Source: Verrucomicrobiota bacterium (lineage in GTDB: Bacteria > Verrucomicrobiota > Kiritimatiellia > JAHIZV01). From it: 64,000 nucleotides of DNA. Where the stretch lies: positions 4,342-68,341 of the forward strand of contig JAHIZV010000139.1 of NCBI GenBank assembly GCA_018814445.1, given 5' to 3'. How positions within the stretch are numbered: the first letter of the stretch is position 1; each line of letters begins with the position of its first letter. The position numbers and the translations under genes were made by a program. Shown here in pieces: positions 9,893 through 19,998 of this stretch. The notes below the pieces were generated by a model. The model ran no database searches, was not told the DNA's origin, and saw only the letters and a program-made list of their open reading frames with translations.

Positions 9893-11200
9893 CTACCCTC
9901 TCTCCTGCACGTACGCATGCACCCGGTCACGAATAAACTCGTAGGGTATTCTTTGCGCGACCTCGTCGTAAAATCCGTTAATCACGACCTTGCGGGCCTC
10001 ATCCTGGCTGATTCCGCGCGAGCGAAGGTAAAACAACTGGTCTTCGTCAAGATTCCCTATCGTTGCTCCGTGACTGCACTTCAGGTCATCCGCATCAATC
10101 AGCAGACCCGGGATCGTGTCGGCTCTCGCCGAATCGCTCAGAACAAGATTGTTGTTCGTCTGATACGCATCGACTTTCACCGCTCCCGGCTTCGCGACGA
10201 TAATGCCCTGGTACACGGAGTGACTCTCGTCATTCACCGCTCCCTTGTACAGAAGCCGACTGTACGTATTCGGCGACGAGTGTATCTGCAAGGTCTTCTG
10301 GTCTACGTGCTGTTCGCCGTGCGTGAAGAACAGGCCGTCCAGTTCAGCCGCGGAGCCCTCGCCCGCAACATCACACGCGATTCGGGCTTTGACCAGGCGA
10401 GAACCGAAATTGAGCCCGATCCACTCAATGGTCGCGTTTCTTTCGACGCGGGCCCAGTCGTTGGCAAGATGCGCGCTCTGATCGTTCAGCTCCTGCAGGC
10501 TGATCACCTTCAGGACAGCACCATCTTCCACATACATTTCCTTCGTCGAGACACAGATCACCGCGCTGTCCGGACTGTTCCCGGTGCATTCGACTACGGT
10601 AGCGGACGACTGCGCACCGGATGAAAGGACCAGGCGAGGGACAAATGCCCCCGCTTCCGACTCGACGTCGCAACGCACCAGAATACCCCTCTCCAAGACC
10701 ACGTTGGGCTCTATCCGGACCAGCAACCCGAAATTCCAGAACGCGGAATTGAGCGCTTCGAACTTCCCGGCTTCCTCTCCGATCGCTTTGCCGTCAAGAT
10801 ACTGTGCCATCAATCCAGGCTCCTGTTCAGCAGCTTCGGAAAGACCCATCACTTTGACTTTGCCATCGGCAAGAAGTCCCGAGGCATCCTGTACGCCGAA
10901 GCCGTCCGCCGACACGCTCACCACGATGTCGAACAGGCTGTCATTGGGTCCCGCGACATATTTTCCTGCGGGAATGACGGGCAGAAGCTGCACTTTATCG
11001 AACGGGAACATCTGCGGGCTCGTGCGGCGCCACTCCTCATCCACTGCCCTGGGAGCGGGCAGGCCGAGGTAGCGCTCAAAAGCCTTCTGCCTTGCGGCGA
11101 TGGAGGCTTCCGCGTCGGTCAGTACCAGTTGCTCGAAAGCCCCGGCATCAAACCCGGGAATGTTCTCTTCTCGTTTCTCTGCTTCCATTTGCGTGTTCAT
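9893..11200 (-). CDS. sufD: Fe-S cluster assembly protein SufD
   Basis: EEWRRT, DLKCSHGAT, QLFYLRSRGI. Confidence 0.93.
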   Translation of the reverse strand: MNTQMEAEKREENIPGFDAGAFEQLVLTDAEASIAARQKAFERYLGLPAPRAVDEEWRRTSPQMFPFDKVQLLPVIPAGKYVAGPNDSLFDIVVSVSADGFGVQDASGLLADGKVKVMGLSEAAEQEPGLMAQYLDGKAIGEEAGKFEALNSAFWNFGLLVRIEPNVVLERGILVRCDVESEAGAFVPRLVLSSGAQSSATVVECTGNSPDSAVICVSTKEMYVEDGAVLKVISLQELNDQSAHLANDWARVERNATIEWIGLNFGSRLVKARIACDVAGEGSAAELDGLFFTHGEQHVDQKTLQIHSSPNTYSRLLYKGAVNDESHSVYQGIIVAKPGAVKVDAYQTNNNLVLSDSARADTIPGLLIDADDLKCSHGATIGNLDEDQLFYLRSRGISQDEARKVVINGFYDEVAQRIPYEFIRDRVHAYVQERG

Positions 11201-11228
11201 AACTCACAATCCAATCCACAATCCAAAA

Positions 11229-12677
11229 TCATCCGATGCTTCCCTCAAGTTTAATTTCCAGCAGTTTCGTGGCTTCGACCGCGAATTCCAGGGGAAGCTT
11301 CTTGAATACGTCCTTGCAGAACCCGTTGACCACGAGATTGATCGCGCTCTCTTCATCAATGCCGCGGCTCTTGATGTAGAACAGTTGATCCTCGCTGATC
11401 TTGGAAGTCGTGGCCTCGTGCTCGATAATCGCCGTGCTGTCTTCCGCTTCGATATACGGCACTGTATTCGCACTGCATTTGTCTCCGACCAACATGGAGT
11501 CGCAGATCGAGTAGTTTCTGCATCCCTTCGCACCCGGAACAACCTGAACAAGACCCCGATATGTATTAACGGACTCGTCACACGATATCCCTTTGGAGAC
11601 GATCGTACTCTTCGTGTTGTTGCCGACATGAATCATCTTCGTCCCGGTATCGGCCTGCATCCGGTTGTTGGTCACGGCCACGGAGTAGAATTCACCGGTG
11701 GAGCCGTCGCCCTCAAGGATACAGCTCGGGTACTTCCACGTGATCGCCGCACCCGCTTCCACCTGAGTCCAGGAGATTTTCGATTTCCTGCCCCGGCAGT
11801 GACCGCGCTTGGTCACAAAGTTGTAGATGCCGCCCCGGCCCTTTTCATCACCCGCGTACCAGTTCTGAATGGTCGCGTACTTGATCTCCGCGTTGTCCAT
11901 CGCGATCAATTCGACCACGGCGGCGTGCAGTTGGTTGGTGTCGCGCATCGGAGCCGTGCAGCCTTCGAGGTAGGACACGTAGGCGCCTTCGTCCGCGATA
12001 ATCAGCGTGCGCTCAAACTGCCCCGTGTCCTGCGCGTTAATACGAAAGTAGGTCGAGAGTTCAACCGGACATTTCACGCCCTTCGGAACGTAGACGAAGG
12101 ATCCATCCGTAAATACCGCAGAGTTCAGCGAGGCAAAGTAGTTGTCGGTGTGCGGGACTACCGCCCCCATGTACTTCTTGATCAGATCAGGATGCTTGAT
12201 AATCGCTTCTGAAATCGGACAGAAGATAATGCCCATCTCCTCGAGCATTTCCTGATGGGATGTAGCCACTGACACACTGTCAAAGACGGCATCGACAGCG
12301 ACACCCTCCAGGCGCTTCGCTTCACCGAGCGGAATGCCTAGTCGCTCAAAGGTCTTCGAAATCTCCGGGTCTATCTCCCCGTCTTCATTCTTGAAGCGGT
12401 CAATCATCTTCTTTGGAGCCGAGTAGTAGCGGATGTCCTGATAGTCGATCTCCGGATAGTCCAGCAACGCCCATCGCGGCTCTTTCCTTGTCGTCCACCA
12501 TCTGTACGCCTTCAAACGCCACTCAAGCATCCACTCCGGCTCATTCTTCTTGGCCGAAATAAAGCGAATGATATCTTCATTCAGCCCCTTCGGAGCCTCA
12601 TCAGCTTCGATGTCAGTAACGAAGCCGTACTTGTACTCGCCGGAGGCAAATGTCTCTTTTGTTTCAATTTCACTCAT
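11229..12677 (-). CDS. sufB: Fe-S cluster assembly protein SufB
   Basis: [37 protein letters not shown]. Confidence 0.97.
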   Translation of the reverse strand: MSEIETKETFASGEYKYGFVTDIEADEAPKGLNEDIIRFISAKKNEPEWMLEWRLKAYRWWTTRKEPRWALLDYPEIDYQDIRYYSAPKKMIDRFKNEDGEIDPEISKTFERLGIPLGEAKRLEGVAVDAVFDSVSVATSHQEMLEEMGIIFCPISEAIIKHPDLIKKYMGAVVPHTDNYFASLNSAVFTDGSFVYVPKGVKCPVELSTYFRINAQDTGQFERTLIIADEGAYVSYLEGCTAPMRDTNQLHAAVVELIAMDNAEIKYATIQNWYAGDEKGRGGIYNFVTKRGHCRGRKSKISWTQVEAGAAITWKYPSCILEGDGSTGEFYSVAVTNNRMQADTGTKMIHVGNNTKSTIVSKGISCDESVNTYRGLVQVVPGAKGCRNYSICDSMLVGDKCSANTVPYIEAEDSTAIIEHEATTSKISEDQLFYIKSRGIDEESAINLVVNGFCKDVFKKLPLEFAVEATKLLEIKLEGSIG

Positions 12678-12709
12678 ATACCTGACCTCTGACTTCTGCC
12701 TTCTCTCCC

Positions 12710-13486
12710 CTAACCAACCAGTACTTCATGGCCGAATTTCTCGCGCACCCAGTCGTAGCCCTTTTCCTCAAGTTCTTTGACCAGCTCACGGCCGCCCGTC
12801 ATGACGATCCTTCCATCGATCAGAATATGGATGTGGTCGGGGTGGATATAGCGGAGGATGCGCTCGTAATGGGTAATGACGAGGACGCTGAATTCAGGGC
12901 CGACCAGTCTGTTCACACCCTTCGAGACGACCTTGAGCGCATCGATATCCAGGCCGGAATCGGTCTCGTCCATGACGGCCAGGCCCGGCTTCAGCGTGAG
13001 CATCTGCAGGATCTCCATGCGTTTCTTCTCGCCACCCGAGAACCCGTCGTTCAGATAACGATTCACAAAGGTCTCATCCATCTCGAGGTACTTCATATTA
13101 TCGCGCAGTTCCTTAAGGAACTCGGTCGGCTTAACCTTCCCGCCTTCGCCGGCAATCGCATCAACCGCGCTTTTCAGAAACTTCGCGACGGTTACGCCCG
13201 GGATGGCCACGGGGTACTGAAAGGCCAGAAATAGCCCAAGGATCGCGCGCTCTTCGGGGTCCATTTCGAGGATATTCTCTCCCTTGAAGAAAATCTCACC
13301 CGCAGTCACTTCATAGGAGGGATGCCCCATAATCACACAGGCAAGAGTACTCTTGCCGGAACCGTTGGGTCCCATCAGCGCGTGCACTTCGCCCTTGTTG
13401 ATAGTCAGGTTCAAACCCTTAAGAATCAGCTTATCCTCCACGTTAGCGTGAAGGTTCTTGATCTGAAAATACGGCATCTCACTCAT
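12710..13486 (-). CDS. sufC: Fe-S cluster assembly ATPase SufC
   Basis: [29 protein letters not shown]; start chosen at MSEMP. Confidence 0.96.
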   Translation of the reverse strand: MSEMPYFQIKNLHANVEDKLILKGLNLTINKGEVHALMGPNGSGKSTLACVIMGHPSYEVTAGEIFFKGENILEMDPEERAILGLFLAFQYPVAIPGVTVAKFLKSAVDAIAGEGGKVKPTEFLKELRDNMKYLEMDETFVNRYLNDGFSGGEKKRMEILQMLTLKPGLAVMDETDSGLDIDALKVVSKGVNRLVGPEFSVLVITHYERILRYIHPDHIHILIDGRIVMTGGRELVKELEEKGYDWVREKFGHEVLVG

Positions 13487-13501
13487 AGTTCTTCTCATTC
13501 A

Positions 13502-13540
13502 TTCGATGTTCATTGTTCGAAGTTCGATGTTCGATGTTCA
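13502..13540. repeat. Heptamer tandem array (TTCGATG)x5, degenerate
   Basis: ttcgatg ttcattg ttcgaag ttcgatg ttcgatg ttca between sufC and sufT. Confidence 0.9.
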
Positions 13541-13888
13541 AAGATCGAATCCAAGCTCCAACTTAGCTTCTTCAGACATCCGGTCCGGGCCCCAGGGGGG
13601 ATTCCAGATAACGTTCAAATTCACTGCCTTGATGCCCGGCTGTGTCTGCGCGGTCTGATCGACCTGGTACAGAAGCTGAGGACCATAGGGACAGCCCGGC
13701 GTCGTCAACGTCATATCGATATCCGCCGCGCCGTCTTTCACCCGCACATCATAGAGAAGTCCGAGATCCACAATGTTCATGTGCAGTTCGGGATCCAGAA
13801 CCGTCTTTAGAAGTTCACGTACAGCATCCTGCAGTTGTTCGTCTGTCAGCGTCTGCCCTTCCCCCTGTTCTTTCACTTCGTCCGTCAT
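13538..13888 (-). CDS. sufT: DUF59/SufT metal-sulfur cluster biosynthesis protein
   Basis: DPEL..NIVDLGL, MTLTTPGCP, PPW. Confidence 0.9.
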   Translation of the reverse strand: MTDEVKEQGEGQTLTDEQLQDAVRELLKTVLDPELHMNIVDLGLLYDVRVKDGAADIDMTLTTPGCPYGPQLLYQVDQTAQTQPGIKAVNLNVIWNPPWGPDRMSEEAKLELGFDL

Positions 13889-13916
13889 CTCCTCTTCCTC
13901 ACATTGGATCCCCCGG

Positions 13917-14345
13917 TCACCTGATCACCGGAGTGAGTCTTCTCTTCCCTCTGAACTGCCCGAGATTCATATTGTAGATGTAGGCAACAAGCTGGTCCTG
14001 CATCTGCGTGACAGGCTCCTTGATATTGCAGGTTCCATACTGCCGGCAGGCCTCAGGGTCTTCGCTGCAGGCCGCAATATGCACGGGACCGTCAATGGCC
14101 TCGATCACTTCGCCCAAGGTCATCTCATCCAGCTTCCGTGCGAGACGATATCCGCCGTGAGCCCCTGAGGTCGACTCCACGACCCCGCCTTTGGCAAGGC
14201 ACTGAAGCACTTTGCCGAGCAGTTCGCCTGGAATTCCGTATTGGTCGGACACCTCTTTGGCCGATGCCAGATTGCCCCGGCGCAGGCCGTCCATATGGAG
14301 GAGCGCCATCAGGCCATATTCAACTTTCTTGCTCAGTTTCAGCAT
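13917..14345 (-). CDS. Rrf2-family (IscR-like) transcriptional regulator of the suf operon
   Basis: MLKLSKKVEYGL, GAHGGYRLA, three Cys (CSEDPEAC...C); ATG at 14345. Confidence 0.9.
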   Translation of the reverse strand: MLKLSKKVEYGLMALLHMDGLRRGNLASAKEVSDQYGIPGELLGKVLQCLAKGGVVESTSGAHGGYRLARKLDEMTLGEVIEAIDGPVHIAACSEDPEACRQYGTCNIKEPVTQMQDQLVAYIYNMNLGQFRGKRRLTPVIR

Positions 14346-14418
14346 CGCCCAGCCATCAGGGACCAAATAGGTCGCATTTACTTCCAAAAAAATAGACCGG
14401 TTCCCGATCTCTTGAGGC

Positions 14419-14446
14419 AATATAGCTTCCCCGTTGCGGCTGTCAA
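14419..14446 (-). promoter_or_regulatory. Sigma70-like promoter of the Rrf2-suf operon
   Basis: Minus strand TTGACA-16 nt-TATATT, about 75 bp upstream of the start codon. Confidence 0.65.
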
Positions 14447-14463
14447 ACGTTTGCGGCACGGAA

Positions 14464-15291
14464 TCAGCGGGACTCGGGCGGAGGTCCACGGTGCATATTC
14501 TCAAAGAAGGAGCGCATTGAAGTGACGTCGACAATGCCGTTCAGGTACTCAACAAACTGAACGGCTTCGTCTTCAGCGTAGCCGAAATCCAGACCTATCT
14601 CATAAAATTCCCGGTCCCGTTGCGCATCCAGCATGGGTGTCAGTTCCACGATGTTGTCCCGCATCTCGTGCATAAGTGGTCGCCGATCCTCCCGCGGGAT
14701 ATCGCCGCGAAGCTGTTCGGCAAGACTCCATGTGCGGTCGAGGAGCGTCAACATATGCTGATACTCCGCTGCTTCATCCTCGGACATGGACGACTTGTCC
14801 CGATCGAGAAAGTGAGCCGCTTTCTTAGCAAAACCTTCCCGCATGCGCTGCCTCGACTCTTCCCGCTGCTTCAGAATTTCCTGATAGCGCTCAGGGTCCT
14901 CCTCTTTGATTCGATCGAGCCAGTCGCGCCGGCTCTCCCAGCGGTTCGTGGAAACCAGCGTGATGTTCGTCTGAGACGCGCGCAGTGAATCAATACTGGC
15001 ATCGCGCTCGGAGATCACGTGCTCCAATTCGAGTATCTGATCCCGCAACTCAGCGATCAGTTCGGCATCCCCCTGATCAGACCGATTCGACTGATCAGTC
15101 GGATCAGTCGGCGCCAACATCACGGGAGTCGCCACTTGCTCGGCTCTATAAAGTTCCAACTCTCCGCGGCGAAATCGCTCTTCTTCGGCGACTCGCTTGA
15201 AGTGGTAGGCCGCGGTGGAAGCCGCGCCCAGCAGAAGCAACATCGTGAGCTCCACCACCCAATACGCTTTCACAGATCTCTTCATATGCAC
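14464..15291 (-). CDS. Hypothetical membrane-anchored helical/coiled-coil protein
   Basis: N-terminal hydrophobic helix and charged helical body; contains a 9-bp repeat patch encoding PTDPTDQSNRSDQ. Confidence 0.7.
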   Translation of the reverse strand: MHMKRSVKAYWVVELTMLLLLGAASTAAYHFKRVAEEERFRRGELELYRAEQVATPVMLAPTDPTDQSNRSDQGDAELIAELRDQILELEHVISERDASIDSLRASQTNITLVSTNRWESRRDWLDRIKEEDPERYQEILKQREESRQRMREGFAKKAAHFLDRDKSSMSEDEAAEYQHMLTLLDRTWSLAEQLRGDIPREDRRPLMHEMRDNIVELTPMLDAQRDREFYEIGLDFGYAEDEAVQFVEYLNGIVDVTSMRSFFENMHRGPPPESR

Positions 15292-15353
15292 TCCCCGTTA
15301 CACTCTTCACAGCGTCTTGCCGACCGAAGACTGACCGCCCCACAGGAACTGTG

Positions 15354-16289
15354 CTACATCCTCTCACTGCACGACGCGCCGTAGGCGAAGCAGGAGAAGC
15401 AGCGATGATGTTTCATCATAATGCGGGCCTTCATGGCATCACTCAATGTGCTCCCGAGATCGTAGTCCGCATCATCGTCAACCAGCGTGCAGGCATAGAC
15501 CCGCATTTCTCCGTCTTTCTTCAGGACGAACTTGGTATAGTCGCACATGAAGCCGGAGCGGCTCTTCTCGGTGTGATACGTCGTCATACAGTTCTCGGTG
15601 ATCTCCGGCACGTCGGGTGTCTCTCCCGGCGTCAGAAATTCCGGAAAGCTGACGATATTGATGTCGGTCGGAACGCCGATCTCATCGAGGAACGGAGCGA
15701 ACTGCCGGTCAATCGCCTCTGCGTCTTCATCCTTCGCCCGCTGACGCGCAATCGAAACAGGAAAACCGTAGACATGAAGTCTGCGCAGGGCGTCCAGCGA
15801 CTGCCGGAACGTTCCCGGGCCCCTTCCCTGCTCGTGCTTCGTCTCATCGGGATAGTCTATGCTGACGCGAAATTTCAGCGGATGCGGCTTCTCAAGCAGA
15901 GGCAATACTTCTTCCATTCTATTCAGAAGAGGCTCGGTGCCGTTGGTAAGGACAAGACACGGGCAGTGATCCAATGCGCGGTCCAGGATTCTGACAAACT
16001 CAGGAATCACGAAGGGTTCACCGCCTGTGAACGAGAACTGCTCCACGCCCATCGACATCGCCTCGTCTATGAAAGGCTTCGCGTCATCGAACGTGATTGG
16101 GTTGATCCGGTTGTCGCCCGGTTTTGATCCTTCGAGACAGAACGGACAACGAAGATTGCAGGTTGTCCCCGTATGAAACCACAGTTCGGTCAGCTTCTCA
16201 GGCAGAATATACCCCCTGGCTTCCCCCCGTGAGGTCAGAAGCCAGTCGCTCTCTGCCTTTGAACGTTGAACGTTGAACTTCGAACTCAT
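15354..16289 (-). CDS. Radical SAM protein with Cys-rich C-terminus
   Basis: CNLRCPFC, FTGGEPF; C-terminal ACTL...HHRCFSC...SCS; ATG overlaps the upstream TGA. Confidence 0.9.
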   Translation of the reverse strand: MSSKFNVQRSKAESDWLLTSRGEARGYILPEKLTELWFHTGTTCNLRCPFCLEGSKPGDNRINPITFDDAKPFIDEAMSMGVEQFSFTGGEPFVIPEFVRILDRALDHCPCLVLTNGTEPLLNRMEEVLPLLEKPHPLKFRVSIDYPDETKHEQGRGPGTFRQSLDALRRLHVYGFPVSIARQRAKDEDAEAIDRQFAPFLDEIGVPTDINIVSFPEFLTPGETPDVPEITENCMTTYHTEKSRSGFMCDYTKFVLKKDGEMRVYACTLVDDDADYDLGSTLSDAMKARIMMKHHRCFSCFAYGASCSERM

Positions 16290-16957
16290 GCGCTGTACGA
16301 CGCGTTGAAAAAGCACTCTCTGTGAATCCGGGTTATGACCACTCCCTTTGCTTCAAGCCAGCGCGACACTTCATCAATCATGCTGTCGAGGCCGCACAGG
16401 TAGTAGTTGATATCATCGGCAACCGGCAGATCTTCGAGCAGACCCGTGACCCTTCCATGGAAGTAGTCGGGATGATCCTCCCGCGAAACAGCCAGGCGTA
16501 GGTCGCAGCGACCAGCGAGATAAGCCCTCTCGCACGCGTCATCCAACTTACGTACACCGTGGAGGCACTGGATAGGAGTGCGCGCGGGATCAGAGCGGAA
16601 GAACGAAAGAAACGGCGCAATCCCTGTGCCCGTGGCCACGAATACGAAGCGGTCGCCGTGTACCGGCGCTCCCGGTCGGAACCAGCCGAAAGGCGGACTG
16701 ATCTGAACCGTGTCCCCCGGTTTTCTGTCAGCGAGATACGGAGAGACTATGCCGCCTTCCATGCGGCGGATCAGAAAGCGCAGGACCTTTTCATCGGTGC
16801 CGGAGGCTATGCTGTAAGGTCTGGACGTCTTTCCATCCGCGCTGAAAAGAGCAAGACAGTCGCCCGGCACAAAAGAAATCCCGTTACGTTCGAGATCGAG
16901 CTCAAAGATCTGGTCCGAAAGCCAACGTCTTTCGCAAACTGTAAGAGATGCATTCAT
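16286..16957 (-). CDS. FAD/NAD(P)-binding oxidoreductase (ferredoxin-NADP reductase family)
   Basis: RPYSIAS, ATGTGIAPF, YLCG. Confidence 0.9.
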   Translation of the reverse strand: MNASLTVCERRWLSDQIFELDLERNGISFVPGDCLALFSADGKTSRPYSIASGTDEKVLRFLIRRMEGGIVSPYLADRKPGDTVQISPPFGWFRPGAPVHGDRFVFVATGTGIAPFLSFFRSDPARTPIQCLHGVRKLDDACERAYLAGRCDLRLAVSREDHPDYFHGRVTGLLEDLPVADDINYYLCGLDSMIDEVSRWLEAKGVVITRIHRECFFNASYSA

Positions 16958-17012
16958 TGATAAAGGGTAGTCGAGAGTTGTAGCTCTATCTTACTATTCA
17001 TATGCAGCGAGC

Positions 17013-17132
17013 GTCATCGGGAGGAGCAACTTGTCATCCATAGCTTGCAGAGCGACGGAGGAAGCGATGCGGCGATCCAGGGGAGAACGTCTGGATTGCC
17101 ACGCTCCGCCATTCGGCGAAGCTCGCGATGAC
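17013..17132. repeat. Palindromic REP/RPE-like element with an internal insertion
   Basis: GTCATCGGGAGGAGC...GCGGCGATCCAG / CTGGATTGCCACGC...GCTCGCGATGAC inverted arms. Confidence 0.7.
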
Positions 17133-17155
17133 AGCGTCTGGCCTGTTTCGGTAGT

Positions 17156-18172
17156 CTAAAAGAAATCGTCCCGGTGCTCCTCTCCTTCAAACTCACCCAG
17201 GTAGCGTACCTCACGCTTAAGCTCAAGATCGAACCTGTCCTTCACGGCATGTGCCATCTGTTCGACAAGATCCCTGACATCCTGCGCGGTACACCCTTCG
17301 CCCTTAACGACGATATTGGCGTGCTTCTCGAACACGCGGGCGCCGCCGACTCGCATGTCCAGTGCACCGGCCTCCTCCAGAAACCAGCCTGCCGCCTGTC
17401 GCCGTCCTGCCGCTGAGGTCGGTTCGATGTTCCGGAATATACTGCCGATACACGGGTCTACCGAGAGATCGGGGTGCTTCTCAGCCCTGATCTTCAGAAT
17501 GCGCGCGCGTTCCTCCATCTGCTTCGCGCGATCACCGTTTCCCGATGAGAAACATGCGGAAATGATCGTTTCGCCTGACTGCTGAATGTCCGAGCGCCGA
17601 TACGCGAATCCCAGCGTGGAGGCGTCTGCTTCGCGGACCGCTCCCGTTTCATCCATCAGCGTCACTGACTGCAACACATCGGCAATCTGTTCGCCCCATG
17701 CTCCCGCGTTTCCGGCAATCGCGCCGCCAACAGTTCCCGGGATGCCGGTACAGCTCATCAACCCGGAAATGCCCTCCCGGGCAGTGAACTCCGCGAGCTT
17801 GTCGAGCGGTGAGCAGGCCGTGACTTCGAAGAAATGATCCTCCCGCTCAATCGACAGCCGGTCAGAAACAAATCGAACAACGACACCGTCGTATCCGGCA
17901 TCCGAGACAAGAACGTTGGAACCGCCGCCAAGGATAACAAACTTCACGCCGGTCGTTGTCAGACTGCCGACTGTCCGGATAAGTTCATCAGGGGCACTGC
18001 ACGATATGAGACAGCGGCACGGACCACCCAGCTTGAAAGTCGTGTAACCGCTGAGCGGCGCGTTCTCGCGAATGTCTATGCCGGGGAGCAACTCTGAGAA
18101 ATCAGCCATATCGTGTTCACAAACCGCCATGCACCGGCTCACATGAAGTTCGCCCTCCAGAGATTCAGTCAT
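17156..18172 (-). CDS. murB: UDP-N-acetylmuramate dehydrogenase (start uncertain, possibly 18109)
   Basis: TTFKLGG, GGGSNVL, GIPGTVGG, FAYRRS, GSIFRN, KHAN. Confidence 0.93.
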   Translation of the reverse strand: MTESLEGELHVSRCMAVCEHDMADFSELLPGIDIRENAPLSGYTTFKLGGPCRCLISCSAPDELIRTVGSLTTTGVKFVILGGGSNVLVSDAGYDGVVVRFVSDRLSIEREDHFFEVTACSPLDKLAEFTAREGISGLMSCTGIPGTVGGAIAGNAGAWGEQIADVLQSVTLMDETGAVREADASTLGFAYRRSDIQQSGETIISACFSSGNGDRAKQMEERARILKIRAEKHPDLSVDPCIGSIFRNIEPTSAAGRRQAAGWFLEEAGALDMRVGGARVFEKHANIVVKGEGCTAQDVRDLVEQMAHAVKDRFDLELKREVRYLGEFEGEEHRDDFF

Positions 18173-18713
18173 CTTTCAGAAATGTTTTTGAATCTTCCTC
18201 CAGCCTCGCAAGAAGCCACAGGTAGTCCGAGAGGCGATTCATCCAGACCAGCAGATGCTGATTGCCGACAAGCCCCCCCTCGACAAGCTTAACGACCTTC
18301 CGCTCGCATCTTCGCGCCACGGTCCGTGCGTGATCAATATGCGCGGCGGCAACGGTACCCCCGGGAATGACAAAGCCCGAAGGCATGGCAACCACGGCCT
18401 CAATCGCCTCCCGCCTGCTTTCCAGAAGCCCTAGCATTTCCTCGTCCACCCGGTTCTCCAGCCGTCCGACATGTTCCTCGCCCGTGGCCAGCTCCGCCGC
18501 CACGATAAACAGATCCCGCTGAATCTCCAGAAGGGCTCCCGCGACCTCTTCGTTTCGACAAAGATTGCGGGCGACACCGAGTATGCTGTTCAGCTCGTCG
18601 ATATCTCCGTATGCATCCGTTCGCGGAGAATCTTTTGAGACAAACTCTCCGGAAAAGAGCTGAGTCTGACCTTTGTCACCGGTCTTCGTCGTAATGCTGG
18701 GCTTCTTCTCCAT
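18165..18713 (-). CDS. Cob(I)alamin adenosyltransferase, PduO type
   Basis: TKTGDKGQT, AYGDIDELNS, ARTVARRCER, NRLSD. Confidence 0.93.
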   Translation of the reverse strand: MEKKPSITTKTGDKGQTQLFSGEFVSKDSPRTDAYGDIDELNSILGVARNLCRNEEVAGALLEIQRDLFIVAAELATGEEHVGRLENRVDEEMLGLLESRREAIEAVVAMPSGFVIPGGTVAAAHIDHARTVARRCERKVVKLVEGGLVGNQHLLVWMNRLSDYLWLLARLEEDSKTFLKDD

Positions 18714-18763
18714 AGGACCTTAGATTCCGCCAAAGCACACGGGATGTCAACGGATACGGAAGG

Positions 18764-18846
18764 AGTTCAAAGTCCTCAGTTCAAGGTTCAAAGAGTCTCT
18801 ATGCCTCCTTTGAACTATAAACTTTGAACTTTGAACCTTAAGCACT
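18764..18846. repeat. Inverted pair of heptamer arrays (AGTTCAA)n / (TTTGAAC)n
   Basis: agttcaa agtcctc agttcaa ggttcaa ... tttgaac tataaac tttgaac tttgaac cttaagc. Confidence 0.9.
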
Positions 18847-18860
18847 AGGCTCTGAGAATC

Positions 18861-19652
18861 ATGTCTGATCCTTCTTACACAGACTACCTCGAGACAGCGA
18901 TCGCTGCCGCCCGCGCCGGCGGAGAGCACGCGTATGCCAATCAGTATCGCCGCAACGAGGTGGACGAACAGTTCGCGCATGACGTGAAACTGGTCCTGGA
19001 CCGCGAGACGCAGGCGGTCGTGGAGAAGGTCCTTCGCGACAGGTATCCGGAACACGCGATCCTGGGTGAAGAAGGCGGCGAGGCGGACGATTCGCGTCCG
19101 ACGTGGATCGTGGATCCCATCGACGGCACCGTTAACTACTTTCACGGCATGCCGATCTGGTGCTGTTCCGTCGCGATACAGGTGGACCGACGTATCGTAG
19201 CCGGAGCCGTCTATGTCCCTCCTCTGAACGAACTCTATACGGCAACGACAGATGGGCCGGCCCTTCTGAACGGCGAACCCATCGGGCCGTCCAAAGTCGC
19301 CTCACTCGCGGAGGGCATGGTGGCTACGGGTCTTTCTAAAAACGTGAGTGCCGGAGGGGTTATCGACCGGCTTACACGGCTCTCCCTGTCGGCTCAGAAG
19401 GTACGAATCATGGGTGCAGCCGCTGTCGATATCTGTCACGTCGCCTGCGGACGGGCGGATGGATATATCGACTCGGGCATCTACATCTGGGACGTCGCGG
19501 CCGCAGGACTGATCGCAGAACGCGCAGGCGCACAGGTGGAGATCATCGAATACATCGACGATATGCAGTTCCGGTATCTCTGCTCAAACGGGCTGATTCA
19601 CGATGATTTGAAGAAGATCATCACAGATCAGTATCAAGAGCCCGAAGACTGA
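18861..19652 (+). CDS. suhB: Inositol monophosphatase family protein
   Basis: ILGEE, WIVDPIDGTVNY, WDVAAA. Confidence 0.9.
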   Translation: MSDPSYTDYLETAIAAARAGGEHAYANQYRRNEVDEQFAHDVKLVLDRETQAVVEKVLRDRYPEHAILGEEGGEADDSRPTWIVDPIDGTVNYFHGMPIWCCSVAIQVDRRIVAGAVYVPPLNELYTATTDGPALLNGEPIGPSKVASLAEGMVATGLSKNVSAGGVIDRLTRLSLSAQKVRIMGAAAVDICHVACGRADGYIDSGIYIWDVAAAGLIAERAGAQVEIIEYIDDMQFRYLCSNGLIHDDLKKIITDQYQEPED

Positions 19653-19998
19653 CCGTCACGCGAACGGAAGGCCGTTCTTTCATCGAGACCGTCACAACGT
19701 CCCACGCAACCGTCTCGCGGCCCACCTTCACAAATCCTTCTTCGCTGTCGACGTCCCACTCCCCGGCGGCGTCACCATCTTCCAGACCCAACTGCCGGCT
19801 GGTGAATGTCGATTGCGCACCAAGCGCCGCCTCTTGAAACAGCTGAGCCTGTCTCTCCGCGGTAAGCGAGCGTATGAGCGATGTGCCTACAACAGTTGCC
19901 AGCACACCGACAATCAGAAGGGCGACGAGCACCTCAATGAAGGAGAATCCGTTCTCTTTGAACTTTGAACTGAGAACTTTAAACTTAGGAATCCCCAC
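19621..19998 (-). CDS. Prepilin-type (GspI-like) minor pseudopilin
   Basis: GFSFIEVLVALLIVGVLA prepilin peptidase motif; GTG start assumed. Confidence 0.8.
   Translation of the reverse strand: MGIPKFKVLSSKFKENGFSFIEVLVALLIVGVLATVVGTSLIRSLTAERQAQLFQEAALGAQSTFTSRQLGLEDGDAAGEWDVDSEEGFVKVGRETVAWDVVTVSMKERPSVRVTVSLRALDTDL

Noticed and set aside
9413..12212. Long plus-strand ORFs 9413..10624 and 11100..12212
   Set aside because: Antisense shadows of sufD and sufB in GC-rich DNA, with no recognisable motifs
14358..14412. Rrf2 operator (GGACCAAATAGGTCG and neighbouring sequence)
   Set aside because: Position is plausible, but the palindromes are too imperfect to call without comparative data
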